The notes under the pieces were generated by a model. That model had not been told where the DNA came from and searched no databases. It was given only the letters and a program-made list of their open reading frames with translations. Positions 1-13,776 of a DNA stretch of 64,000 nucleotides are shown here, piece after piece. The DNA comes from Nemertoderma westbladi (taxonomy: Eukaryota > Animalia > Xenacoelomorpha): positions 124,001-188,000 of the forward strand of contig JAUCBJ010005016.1 in the NCBI GenBank assembly GCA_032718475.1. Reading direction: 5' to 3'. The position numbers were made by a program, and so were the translations under genes. How positions within the stretch are numbered: the first letter of the stretch is position 1; every line of letters begins with the position of its first letter.

Positions 1-3000
1 GACGTAGTTTGTAGAAGAGACCACCAGTCCTAGTGGAGCGGGAGTATATGACGTAGTTTGTAGAAGGGACCACCAGTCCTAATGGAGCGGGAGTATATGA
101 CGTAGTTTGTAGAAGGGACCACTGGTCCTAATGGAGCGGGAGTATATGGCGTAGTTTGTAGAAGGGACCACCAGTCCTAATGGAGCGGGAGTATATGATG
201 TAGTTTGTAGAAGAGACCACCGGTCCTACTGGAGCGGGAGTATATGACGTAGTTTGTAGAAGAGACCACCGGTCCTAATGGAGCGGGAGTATATGACGTA
301 GTTTGTAGAAGGGACCACCAGTCCTAATGGAGCGGGAGTATATGATGTAGTTTGTAGAAGAGACCACCGGTCCTACTGGAGCGGGAGTATATGACGTAGT
401 TTGTAGAAGAGACCACCGGTCCTAATGGAGCAGGAGTATATGACGTAGTTTGTAGAAGAGACCACCGGTCCTAATGGAGCGGGAGTATATGACGTAGTTT
501 GTAGAAGAGACCACCGGTCCTAATGGAGCGGGAGTATATGACGTAGTTTGTAGAAGAGACCACCGGTCCTAATGGAGCGGGAGTATATGACGTAGTTTGT
601 AGAAGAGACCACCGGTCCTAATGGAGCGGGAGTATATGGCGTAGTTTGTAGAAGAGACCACCGGTCCTAGTGGAGCGGGAGTATATGACGTAGTTTGTAG
701 AAGAGACCACTGGTCCTAATGGAGCGGGAGTATATGACGTAGTTTGTAGAAGAGACCACTGGTCCTAATGGAGCGGGAGTATATGACGTAGTTTGTAGAA
801 GGGACCACCAGTCCTAATGGAGCGGGAGTATATGACGTAGTTTGTAGAAGAGACCACCAGTCCTAATGGAGCGGGAGTATATGACGTAGTTTGTAGAAGG
901 GACCACCGGTCCTACTGGAGCGGGAGTAATATGACGTAGTTTGTAGAAGGGACCACAGGTCCTAATGGAGCGGGAGTATATGACGTAGTTTGTAGAAGAG
1001 ACCACTGGTCCTAATGGAGCGGGAGTATATGATGTAGTTTGTAGAAGAGACCACCAGTCCTAATGGAGCGGGAGTATTGACGTAGTTTGTAGAAGGGACC
1101 ACTGGTTCTAATGGAGCGGGAGTATATGATGTAGTTTGTAGAAGAGACCACCAGTCCTAGTGGAGCGGGAGTATATGACGTAGTTTGTAGAAGAGACCAC
1201 CGGTCCTAATGGAGCAGGAGTATATGACGTAGTTTGTAGAAGAGACCACCGGTCCTAATGGAGCGGGAGTATATGACGTAGTTTGTAGAAGAGACCACCG
1301 GTCCTAATGGAGCGGGAGTATATGATGTAGTTTGTAGAAGAGACCACCAGTCCTAGTGGAGCGGGAGTATATGACGTAGTTTGTAGAAGAGACCACCGGT
1401 CCTAGTGGAGCGGGAGTATATGACGTAGTTTGTAGAAGAGACCACCGGTCCTAATGGAGCAGGAGTATATGACGTAGTTTGTAGAAGAGACCACCGGTCC
1501 TAATGGAGCGGGAGTATATGATGTAGTTTGTAGAAGGGACCACTGGTTCTAATGGAGCGGGAGTATATGACGTAGTTTGTAGAAGAGACCACTGGTCCTA
1601 ATGGAGCGGGAGTATATGACGTAGTTTGTAGAAGGGACCACCAGTCCTAATGGAGCGGGAGTATATGACGTAGTTTGTAGAAGAGACCACCAGTCCTAAT
1701 GGAGCGGGAGTATATGACGTAGTTTGTAGAAGGGACCACCGGTCCTACTGGAGCGGGAGTATATGACGTAGTTTGTAGAAGGGACCACAGGTCCTAATGG
1801 AGCGGGAGTATATGACGTAGTTTGTAGAAGAGACCACTGGTCCTAATGGAGCGGGAGTATATGATGTAGTTTGTAGAAGAGACCACCAGTCCTAATGGAG
1901 CGGGAGTATATGACGTAGTTTGTAGAAGGGACCACTGGTCCTAATGGAGCGGGAGTATATGATGTAGTTTGTAGAAGAGACCACCAGTCCTAGTGGAGCG
2001 GGAGTATATGACGTAGTTTGTAGAAGAGACCACCGGTCCTAATGGAGCAGGAGTATATGACGTAGTTTGTAGAAGAGACCACCGGTCCTAATGGAGCGGG
2101 AGTATATGACGTAGTTTGTAGAAGAGACCACCGGTCCTAATGGAGCGGGAGTATATGATGTAGTTTGTAGAAGAGACCACCAGTCCTAGTGGAGCGGGAG
2201 TATATGACGTAGTTTGTAGAAGAGACCACCGGTCCTAATGGAGCGGGAGTATATGACGTAGTTTGTAGAAGAGACCACCGGTCCTAATGGAGCAGGAGTA
2301 TATGACGTAGTTTGTAGAAGAGACCACCGGTCCTAATGGAGCGGGAGTATATGATGTAGTTTGTAGAAGGGACCACTGGTTCTAATGGAGCGGGAGTATA
2401 TGATGTAGTTTGTAGAAGGGACCACTGGTCCTAATGGAGCGGGAGTATATGACGTAGTTTGTAGAAGAGACCACCGGTCCTAATGGAGCGGGAGTATATG
2501 ATGTAGTTTGTAGAAGAGACCACCAGTCCTAGTGGAGCGGGAGTATATGACGTAGTTTGTAGAAGAGACCACCAGTCCTAATGGAGCGGGAGTATATGAC
2601 GTAGTTTGTAGAAGAGACCACCAGTCCTAATGGAGCGGGAGTATATGACGTAGTTTGTAGAAGAGACCACCGGTCCTAATGGAGCGGGAGTATATGACGT
2701 AGTTTGTAGAAGAGACCACCGGTCCTAATGGAGCAGGAGTATATGACGTAGTTTGTAGAAGAGACCACCGGTCCTAATGGAGCGGGAGTATATGACGTAG
2801 TTTGTAGAAGAGACCACCGGTCCTAATGGAGCGGGAGTATATGACGTAGTTTGTAGAAGAGACCACCGGTCCTAATGGAGCAGGAGTATATGACGTAGTT
2901 TGTAGAAGAGACCACCGGTCCTAATGGAGCGGGAGTATATGACGTAGTTTGTAGAAGGGACCACTGGTTCTAATGGAGCGGGAGTATATGATGTAGTTTG

Positions 3001-6000
3001 TAGAAGGGACCACCAGTCCTAGTGGAGCGGGAGTATATGACGTAGTTTGTAGAAGAGACCACCGGTCCTAATGGAGCGGGAGTATATGACGTAGTTTGTA
3101 GAAGAGACCACCGGTCCTAATGGAGCGGGAGTATATGACGTAGTTTGTAGAAGAGACCACCGGTCCTAATGGAGCGGGAGTATATGACGTAGTTTGTAGA
3201 AGAGACCACCGGTCCTAATGGAGCGGGAGTATATGACGTAGTTTGTAGAAGGGACCACTGGTCCTAATGGAGCGGGAGTATATGATGTAGTTTGTAGAAG
3301 GGACCACCAGTCCTAATGGAGCGGGAGTATATGACGTAGTTTGTAGAAGGGACCACCGGTCCTAATGGAGCGGGAGTATATGATGTAGTTTGTAGAAGAG
3401 ACCACCGGTCCTAATGGAGCGGGAGTATATGACGTAGTTTGTAGAAGAGACCACCGGTCCTAATGGAGCGGGAGTATATGACGTAGTTTGTAGAAGGGAC
3501 CACCAGTCCTAATGGAGCGGGAGTATATGATGTAGTTTGTAGAAGAGACCACCGGTCCTACTGGAGCGGGAGTATATGACGTAGTTTGTAGAAGAGACCA
3601 CCGGTCCTAATGGAGCGGGAGTATATGACGTAGTTTGTAGAAGAGACCACCGGTCCTAATGGAGCGGGAGTATATGACGTAGTTTGTAGAAGAGACCACC
3701 GGTCCTAATGGAGCGGGAGTATATGACGTAGTTTGTAGAAGAGACCACCGGTCCTAATGGAGCGGGAGTATATGACGTAGTTTGTAGAAGAGACCACCGG
3801 TCCTAATGGAGCGGGAGTATATGACGTAGTTTGTAGAAGAGACCACTGGTTCTAATGGAGCGGGAGTATATGATGTAGTTTGTAGAAGGGACCACTGGTC
3901 CTAATGGAGCGGGAGTATATGACGTAGTTTGTAGAAGAGACCACCGGTCCTAATGGAGCGGGAGTATATGATGTAGTTTGTAGAAGAGACCACCAGTCCT
4001 AGTGGAGCGGGAGTATATGACGTAGTTTGTAGAAGAGACCACCAGTCCTAATGGAGCGGGAGTATATGACGTAGTTTGTAGAAGAGACCACCAGTCCTAA
4101 TGGAGCGGGAGTATATGACGTAGTATGTAGAAGAGACCACCGGTCCTAATGGAGCGGGAGCATATGACGTAGTTTGTAGAAGAGACCACCGGTCCTAATG
4201 GAGCAGGAGTATATGACGTAGTTTGTAGAAGAGACCACCGGTCCTAATGGAGCGGGAGTATATGACGTAGTTTGTAGAAGAGACCACCGGTCCTAATGGA
4301 GCGGGAGTATATGACGTAGTTTGTAGAAGAGACCACCGGTCCTAATGGAGCAGGAGTATATGACGTAGTTTGTAGAAGAGACCACCGGTCCTAATGGAGC
4401 GGGAGTATATGACGTAGTTTGTAGAAGGGACCACTGGTTCTAATGGAGCGGGAGTATATGATGTAGTTTGTAGAAGGGACCACCAGTCCTAGTGGAGCGG
4501 GAGTATATGACGTAGTTTGTAGAAGAGACCACCGGTCCTAATGGAGCGGGAGTATATGACGTAGTTTGTAGAAGAGACCACCGGTCCTAATGGAGCGGGA
4601 GTATATGACGTAGTTTGTAGAAGAGACCACCGGTCCTAATGGAGCAGGAGTATATGACGTAGTTTGTAGAAGAGACCACCGGTCCTAATGGAGCGGGAGT
4701 ATATGACGTAGTTTGTAGAAGGGACCACTGGTTCTAATGGAGCGGGAGTATATGATGTAGTTTGTAGAAGGGACCACCAGTCCTAGTGGAGCGGGAGTAT
4801 ATGACGTAGTTTGTAGAAGAGACCACCGGTCCTAATGGAGCAGGAGTATATGACGTAGTTTGTAGAAGAGACCACCGGTCCTAATGGAGCGGGAGTATAT
4901 TACGTAGTTTGTAGAAGGGACCACCGGTCCTAATGGAGCGGGAGTATATGACGTAGTTTGTAGAAGAGACCACCGGTCCTAATGGAGCAGGAGTATATGA
5001 CGTAGTTTGTAGAAGAGACCACCGGTCCTAATGGAGCGGGAGTATATGACGTAGTTTGTAGAAGGGACCACTGGTTCTAATGGAGCGGGAGTATATGATG
5101 TAGTTTGTAGAAGGGACCACTGGTCCTAATGGAGCGGGAGTATATGACGTAGTTTGTAGAAGAGACCACCGGTCCTAGTGGAGCGGGAGTATATGATGTA
5201 GTTTGTAGAAGAGACCACCAGTCCTAGTGGAGCGGGAGTATATGATGTAGTTTGTAGAAGAGACCACCAGTCCTAGTGGAGCGGGAGTATATGACGTAGT
5301 TTGTAGAAGAGACCACCGGTCCTAGTGGAGCGGGAGTATATGATGTAGTTTGTAGAAGAGACCACCAGTCCTAGTGGAGCGGGAGTATATGATGTAGTTT
5401 GTAGAAGGGACCCCCAGTCCTAGTGGAGCGGGAGTATATGATGTAGTTTGTAGAAGGGACCACTGGTCCTAATGGAGCGGGAGTATATGACGTAGTTTGT
5501 AGAAGAGACCACCGGTCCTAGTGGAGCGGGAGTATATGATGTAGTTTGTAGAAGAGACCACTGGTCCTAATGGAGCGGGAGTATATGATGTAGTTTGTAG
5601 AAGAGACCACCAGTCCTAATGGAGCGGGAGTATATGACGTAGTTTGTAGAAGAGACCACCAGTCCTAGTGGAGCGGGAGTATATGATGTAGTTTGTAGAA
5701 GAGACCACCGGTCCTAATGGAGCGGGAGTATATGACGTAGTTTGTAGAAGAGACCACCGGTCCTAATGGAGCGGGAGTATATGACGTAGTTTGTAGAAGA
5801 GACCACCAGTCCTAGTGGAGCGGGAGTATATGATGTAGTTTGTAGAAGAGACCACCGGTCCTAGTGGAGCGGGAGTATATGACGTAGTTTGTAGAAGAGA
5901 CCACCGGTCCTAATGGAGCAGGAGTATATGACGTAGTTTGTAGAAGAGACCACCGGTCCTAATGGAGCGGGAGTATATGACGTAGTTTGTAGAAGGGACC

Positions 6001-9000
6001 ACTGGTTCTAATGGAGCGGGAGTATATGATGTAGTTTGTAGAAGGGACCACTGGTCCTAATGGAGCGGGAGTATATGACGTAGTTTGTAGAAGATACCAC
6101 CGGTCCTAATGGAGCGGGAGTATATGATGTAGTTTGTAGAAGAGACCACCAGTCCTAGTGGAGCGGGAGTATATGACGTAGTTTGTAGAAGAGACCACCA
6201 GTCCTAATGGAGCGGGAGTATATGACGTAGTTTGTAGAAGAGACCACCAGTCCTAATGGAGCGGGAGTATATGACGTAGTATGTAGAAGAGACCACCGGT
6301 CCTAATGGAGCGGGAGCATATGACGTAGTTTGTAGAAGAGACCACCGGTCCTAATGGAGCAGGAGTATATGACGTAGTTTGTAGAAGAGACCACCGGTCC
6401 TAATGGAGCGGGAGTATATGACGTAGTTTGTAGAAGAGACCACCGGTCCTAATGGAGCGGGAGTATATGACGTAGTTTGTAGAAGAGACCACTGGTCCTA
6501 ATGGAGCAGGAGTATATGACGTAGTTTGTAGAAGAGACCACCGGTCCTAATGGAGCGGGAGTATATGACGTAGTTTGTAGAAGGGACCACTGGTTCTAAT
6601 GGAGCGGGAGTATATGATGTAGTTTGTAGAAGGGACCACCAGTCCTAGTGGAGCGGGAGTATATGACGTAGTTTGTAGAAGAGACCACCGGTCCTAATGG
6701 AGCGGGAGTATATGACGTAGTTTGTAGAAGAGACCACCGGTCCTAATGGAGCGGGAGTATATGACGTAGTTTGTAGAAGAGACCACTGGTCCTAATGGAG
6801 CAGGAGTATATGACGTAGTTTGTAGAAGAGACCACCGGTCCTAATGGAGCGGGAGTATATGACGTAGTTTGTAGAAGGGACCACTGGTTCTAATGGAGCG
6901 GGAGTATATGATGTAGTTTGTAGAAGGGACCACCAGTCCTAATGGAGCGGGAGTATATGGCGTAGTTTGTAGAAGGGACCACCAGTCGTAATGGAGCGGG
7001 AGTATATGATGTAGTTTGTAGAAGAGACCACCGGTCCTACTGGAGCGGGAGTATATGACGTAGTTTGTAGAAGAGACCACCGGTCCTAATGGAGCGGGAG
7101 TATATGACGTAGTTTGTAGAAGGGACCACCAGTCCTAATGGAGCGGGAGTATATGATGTAGTTTGTAGAAGAGACCACCGGTCCTACTGGAGCGGGAGTA
7201 TATGACGTAGTTTGTAGAAGAGACCACCGGTCCTAATGGAGCGGGAGTATATGACGTAGTTTGTAGAAGAGACCACCAGTCCTAGTGGAGCGGGAGTATA
7301 TGATGTAGTTTGTAGAAGAGACCACCGGTCCTAGTGGAGCGGGAGTATATGATGTAGTTTGTAGAAGAGACCACTGGTCCTAATGGAGCGGGAGTATATG
7401 ATGTAGTTTGTAGAAGAGACCACCGGTCCTAATGGAGCGGGAGTATATGACGTAGTTTGTAGAAGAGACCACCAGTCCTAGTGGAGCGGGAGTATATGAT
7501 GTAGTTTGTAGAAGAGACCACCAGTCCTAGTGGAGCGGGAGTATATGATGTAGTTTGTAGAAGAGACCACCAGTCCTAATGGAGCGGGGGTATATGACGT
7601 AGTTTGTAGAAGGGACCACCGGTCCTAATGGAGCGGGAGTATATGATGTAGTTTGTAGAAGAGACCACTGGTCCTAATGGAGCAGGAGTATATGACGTAG
7701 TTTGTAGAAGAGACCACCGGTCCTAATGGAGCGGGAGTATATGACGTAGTTTGTAGAAGAGACCACCAGTCCTAGTGGAGCGGGAGTATATGATGTAGTT
7801 TGTAGAAGGGACCACTGGTCCTAATGGAGCGGGAGTATATGATGTAGTTTGTAGAAGGGACCACTGGTCCTAATGGAGCGGGAGTATATGACGTAGTTTG
7901 TAGAAGAGACCACCGGTCCTAGTGGAGCGGGAGTATATGACGTAGTTTGTGAGCGGGAGTATATGATGTAGTTTGTAGAAGGGACCACCAGTCCTAGTGG
8001 AGTGGGAGTATATGACGTAGTTTGTAGAAGAGACCACCGGTCCTAATGGAGCAGGAGTATATGACGTAGTTTGTAGAAGAGACCACCGGTCCTAATGGAG
8101 CGGGAGTATATTACGTAGTTTGTAGAAGGGACCACCGGTCCTAATGGAGCGGGAGTATATGACGTAGTTTGTAGAAGAGACCACCGGTCCTAATGGAGCA
8201 GGAGTATATGACGTAGTTTGTAGAAGAGACCACCGGTCCTAGTGGAGCGGGAGTATATGATGTAGTTTGTAGAAGGGACCACTGGTCCTAATGGAGCGGG
8301 AGTATATGACGTAGTTTGTAGAAGAGACCACCGGTCCTAGTGGAGCGGGAGTATATGATGTAGTTTGTAGAAGAGACCACCGGTCCTAATGGAGCGGGAG
8401 TATATGATGTAGTTTGTAGAAGGGACCACCAGTCCTAGTGGAGCGGGAGTATATGATGTAGTTTGTAGAAGGGACCACTGGTCCTAATGGAGCGGGAGTA
8501 TATGACGTAGTTTGTAGAAGAGACCACCGGTCCTAGTGGAGCGGGAGTATATGATGTAGTTTGTAGAAGAGACCACTGGTCCTAATGGAGCGGGAGTATA
8601 TGATGTAGTTTGTAGAAGAGACCACCAGTCCTAATGGAGCGGGAGTATATGACGTAGTTTGTAGAAGGGACCACTGGTCCTAATGGAGCGGGAGTATGTG
8701 ACGTAGTTTGTAGAAGAGACCACCAGTCCTAGTGGAGTGGGAGTATATGATGTAGTTTGTAGAAGAGACCACCGGTCCTAATGGAGCGGGAGTATATGAC
8801 GTAGTTTGTAGAAGAGACCACCAGTCCTAGTGGAGCGGGAGTATATGATGTAGTTTGTAGAAGAGACCACTGGTCCTAATGGAGCGGGAGTATATGACGT
8901 AGTTTGTAGAAGAGACCACCGGTCCTAGTGGAGCGGGAGTATATGATGTAGTTTGTAGAAGAGACCACTGGTCCTAATGGAGCGTGAGTATATGACGTAG

Positions 9001-11615
9001 TTTGTAGAAGAGACCACCAGTCCTAGTGGAGCGGGAGTATATGATGTAGTTTGTAGAAGAGACCACTGGTCCTAATGGAGCGGGAGTATATGACGTAGTT
9101 TGTAGAAGAGACCACCAGTCCTAGTGGAGCGGGAGTATATGATGTAGTTTGTAGAAGAGACCACTGGTCCTAATGGAGCGGGAGTATATGACGTAGTTTG
9201 TAGAAGAGACCACCGGTCCTAGTGGAGCGGGAGTATATGATGTAGTTTGTAGAAGAGACCACCGGTCCTAATGGAGCGTGAGTATATGACGTAGTTTGTA
9301 GAAGAGACCACCAGTCCTAGTGGAGCGGGAGTATATGATGTAGTTTGTAGAAGGGACCACTGGTCCTAATGGAGCGGGAGTATATGACGTAGTTTGTAGA
9401 AGAGACCACCAGTCCTAGTGGAGCGGGAGTATATGATGTAGTTTGTAGAAGAGACCACCAGTCCTAGTGGAGCGGGAGTATATGATGTAGTTTGTAGAAG
9501 AGACCACCAGTCCTAATGGAGCGGGGGTATATGACGTAGTTTGTAGAAGGGACCACCGGTCCTAATGGAGCGGGAGTATATGATGTAGTTTGTAGAAGAG
9601 ACCACTGGTCCTAATGGAGCAGGAGTATATGACGTAGTTTGTAGAAGAGACCACCGGTCCTAATGGAGCGGGAGTATATGACGTAGTTTGTAGAAGAGAC
9701 CACCAGTCCTAGTGGAGCGGGAGTATATGATGTAGTTTGTAGAAGGGACCACTGGTCCTAATGGAGCGGGAGTATATGATGTAGTTTGTAGAAGGGACCA
9801 CTGGTCCTAATGGAGCGGGAGTATATGACGTAGTTTGTAGAAGAGACCACCGGTCCTAGTGGAGCGGGAGTATATGACGTAGTTTGTGAGCGGGAGTATA
9901 TGATGTAGTTTGTAGAAGGGACCACCAGTCCTAGTGGAGCGGGAGTATATGACGTAGTTTGTAGAAGAGACCACCGGTCCTAATGGAGCAGGAGTATATG
10001 ACGTAGTTTGTAGAAGAGACCACCGGTCCTAATGGAGCGGGAGTATATTACGTAGTTTGTAGAAGGGACCACCGGTCCTAATGGAGCGGGAGTATATGAC
10101 GTAGTTTGTAGAAGAGACCACCGGTCCTAATGGAGCAGGAGTATATGACGTAGTTTGTAGAAGAGACCACCGGTCCTAGTGGAGCGGGAGTATATGATGT
10201 AGTTTGTAGAAGGGACCACTGGTCCTAATGGAGCGGGAGTATATGACGTAGTTTGTAGAAGAGACCACCGGTCCTAGTGGAGCGGGAGTATATGATGTAG
10301 TTTGTAGAAGAGACCACCGGTCCTAATGGAGCGGGAGTATATGATGTAGTTTGTTGAAGGGACCACCAGTCCTAGTGGAGCGGGAGTATATGATGTAGTT
10401 TGTAGAAGGGACCACTGGTCCTAATGGAGCGGGAGTATATGACGTAGTTTGTAGAAGAGACCACCGGTCCTAGTGGAGCGGGAGTATATGATGTAGTTTG
10501 TAGAAGAGACCACTGGTCCTAATGGAGCGGGAGTATATGATGTAGTTTGTAGAAGAGACCACCAGTCCTAATGGAGCGGGAGTATATGACGTAGTTTGTA
10601 GAAGGGACCACTGGTCCTAATGGAGCGGGAGTATGTGACGTAGTTTGTAGAAGAGACCACCAGTCCTAGTGGAGCGGGAGTATATGATGTAGTTTGTAGA
10701 AGAGACCACCGGTCCTAATGGAGCGGGAGTATATGACGTAGTTTGTAGAAGAGACCACCAGTCCTAGTGGAGCGGGAGTATATGATGTAGTTTGTAGAAG
10801 AGACCACTGGTCCTAATGGAGCGGGAGTATATGACGTAGTTTGTAGAAGAGACCACCGGTCCTAGTGGAGCGGGAGTATATGATGTAGTTTGTAGAAGAG
10901 ACCACCGGTCCTAATGGAGCGTGAGTATATGACGTAGTTTGTAGAAGAGACCACCAGTCCTAGTGGAGCGGGAGTATATGATGTAGTTTGTAGAAGAGAC
11001 CACCGGTCCTAATGGAGCGGGAGTATATGACGTAGTTTGTAGAAGAGACCACCAGTCCTAGTGGAGCGGGAGTATATGATGTAGTTTGTAGAAGAGACCA
11101 CTGGTCCTAATGGAGCGGGAGTATATGACGTAGTTTGTAGAAGAGACCACCGGTCCTAATGGAGCGGGAGTATATGACGTAGTTTGTAGAAGAGACCACC
11201 GGTCCTAATGGAGCGGGAGTATATGATGTAGTTTGTAGAAGAGACCACCGGTCCTACTGGAGCGGGAGTATATGACGTAGTTTGTAGAAGGGACCACTGG
11301 TCCTAATGGAGCGGGAGTATATGACGTAGTTTGTAGAAGAGACCACCGGTCCTAATGGAGCGGGAGTATATGACGTAGTTTGTAGAAGGGACCACTGGTC
11401 CTAATGGAGCGGGAGTATATGACGTAGTTTGTAGAAGAGACCACTGGTCCTAATGGAGCGGGAGTATATGGCGTAGTTTGTAGAAGAGACCACCGATCCT
11501 AATGGAGCGGGAGTATATGACGTAGTTTGTAGAAGAGACCACCGGTCCTAATGGAGCAGGGGTATATGATGTAGTTTGTAGAAGGGACCACTGGTCCTAG
11601 TGGAGCGGGAGTATA
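1..11615 (+). repeat. 49-bp tandem satellite array (~237 monomers), continuing off the left edge
   Basis: Monomer GACGTAGTTTGTAGAAGAGACCACCGGTCCTAATGGAGCGGGAGTATAT repeated head-to-tail with SNP variants. Confidence 0.99.
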
Positions 11616-12094
11616 AGTAGTAGGAGAAGCATAGTTCTCACGCAACTCCTCCCTAGCCTGGGCTACGGGCTGCATCTCAGAGGGCTATTAAAAATGCCAA
11701 ATTCCGGTGCTAAATTGTGGTGTTTAATGACCATCTGTCACCATCAATATTGTTGCCTTCAACCAATCGTTGCTTATCACCTACGCGTAGCCTAACCTCG
11801 CGATGCCTACCTTACTCGACAACTGTTACCACCCGCGAGTATTGATTCGCGTCGTTGCATCAACCAACCATCGCATATTCATCTTCGCGTAACCTAACTT
11901 CTCATCGCATGGCTAGCCCCCACTACGCTATTATATCGAATCGATTGCCAACTCACCACCACCACGCACGGCTACCCCTCGACGGCTGTCGCCAATCCAA
12001 CCAACCGAGTGGCCTGCCTACCCCAACGCTATTATGATACGTGTTGAAATTCCGCCACGTTCTAGCTACACGTATACGAATATTTCCATAGTTA
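11616..12094 (+). repeat. Left terminal inverted repeat of the Polinton
   Basis: Reverse complement of 31528-32006; I count 4 mismatches (11965, 11991, 12007, 12010). Confidence 0.95.
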
Positions 12095-12501
12095 TTTCCT
12101 ATCCATGCAACCAACCACTGTATACTGTATATGCAGACAACGTGGCCACCAACTACACGCATCACGCATATATTATATTGATTGCCAACTCCACGACTGC
12201 TGTCGCCAAATCAACAAACCAAGCAGTATGATACATGAGATTCCGTCACGTTCTAGCTACGCGTATACGAGCATTAGTGATTATTACGCAATAATTTTTT
12301 TTGTTTATACAGTAGTTACCCACCAGCTAATCAACCAATCAATAAACCGAATTTAGGCTATTTTCCAGTTTAAGACCTGTATTATTTTTGAAAATATCTT
12401 ATATATAATCTCTTGCTTTAATCGCAATTAATCATTTGTAATGGTTTTAGTTTAAAAGTTTTTACTTTGTTTGTTTGATTTACAATAAAATAAATTAAAT
12501 A

Positions 12502-12948
12502 ATGTCTTCTGATTCCGATATGGTTATGCCAATAGTAAGGCATTCATTTTTTGCAGAAGATGGTCAAGCCTATATTGTTATTGATTATACAATTTACCGT
12601 CAGGGAGATGATAAATATAAAATTGAGTTTTCTGAAAAAGCCAGGAAAGTTTTAAGCTCAATCGATATTGATGCTTCAGATAATAGTATTCATCTTTTAG
12701 ATTACAACCTGAAAGCTGGGCATGGGGGAGGAAAATTAAGCAACATTTTACTATTAGCCATGATAGAAGGATTTATTTTTATTACACAATACAACGAAGC
12801 TGGTGAAAAGTTTGAAATACGGCTAAATCGGCATAGCCCCTACGAAATTATGTCTTTCTTTATTGTAATGATTTCAAAAGAATCCTTTATCGAACCTGAA
12901 GAATCAGCGGATAATGTTGAATATGTTGATAATATCATTGATTCTTGA
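12502..12948 (+). CDS. Polinton hypothetical protein (148 aa)
   Basis: ATG-initiated ORF in AT-rich context with globular-like composition; no motif recognised. Confidence 0.6.
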   Translation: MSSDSDMVMPIVRHSFFAEDGQAYIVIDYTIYRQGDDKYKIEFSEKARKVLSSIDIDASDNSIHLLDYNLKAGHGGGKLSNILLLAMIEGFIFITQYNEAGEKFEIRLNRHSPYEIMSFFIVMISKESFIEPEESADNVEYVDNIIDS

Positions 12949-13113
12949 CTTTTCCCTCTATATTATAAATATTTTATGATTATATATAAAATTTTGTTGT
13001 TTTTAAATAATCGAAAATTGTAGTAGTATTTGTATATACAGTATAACAGTTTTGTTTGTTGTTGTTGTTGTGTATTGTGGTAATTATTTTCAATTTACTT
13101 TAAAATTTGGAAA

Positions 13114-13566
13114 ATGGATATTTTAAATGAAAAATGCCCAGTTTGCTATTCTAAGTTATTGCAAAAACATCGAGATTATTATAAATGTGAAAATAAACAT
13201 GCAACTTGCGTACAATGTATTGTACAATATTCCGAAATGAATAATTATTGTTCTAAAATTTGTCCTATTTGTCGCGCACCCATATCTAAGTTTAATATAA
13301 AGTTGGCAAGATGCCAACCCTTTTATTGGAAAGAGCTTCGCAATATAACTTATATTTCTGCGAAAAGTAATGATCCCGGAGATTTATTTACAATATTGGA
13401 GAATATTTTTTATAGAAACGTAGTACGACGCTGTTGCTACTATATTCCTTATTTTTTTAGCGGCGAACATAAAAAAATCATTAGCGCGAAATTTTCGGGA
13501 AGTGATTTCCAATCCGCCGATGTTACCTATCATTATTTCGCGTATAAAGATGCTCACCATGCTTGA
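13114..13566 (+). CDS. RING finger protein (putative E3 ubiquitin ligase)
   Basis: CPVC...CENKHATCVQC...CPICR matches a C3HC4 RING pattern. Confidence 0.8.
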   Translation: MDILNEKCPVCYSKLLQKHRDYYKCENKHATCVQCIVQYSEMNNYCSKICPICRAPISKFNIKLARCQPFYWKELRNITYISAKSNDPGDLFTILENIFYRNVVRRCCYYIPYFFSGEHKKIISAKFSGSDFQSADVTYHYFAYKDAHHA

Positions 13567-13776
13567 AATTACATCAGTCTATACTATAATTGGAAATAGC
13601 ACCTTTTGCTGCAGCGAGCGTCACATACTGTAGGGGCCTCATATGTTAATTAAATATACAGTACTCTAATATTGTAGTTGCATCAATTATTGTTATATAC
13701 ATAGTAATGGTGTTGGTTTATTGATATTGATATTATATTATATTGTATTGTTGATATATCTTAATAATAATAATAA

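Noticed and set aside
27-43. CENP-B box-like motif (TGGAGCGGGA)
   Set aside because: Only about 6 of 9 essential positions of nTTCGnnnnAnnCGGGn match; TTCG is absent.
1-11615. CRISPR array
   Set aside because: Monomers are contiguous with no unique spacers, there are no cas genes, and the context is eukaryotic.
11855-12356. Short ORFs in the TIRs (mirrored at 31421-31767)
   Set aside because: They lie in non-coding terminal repeats and show no protein motifs.
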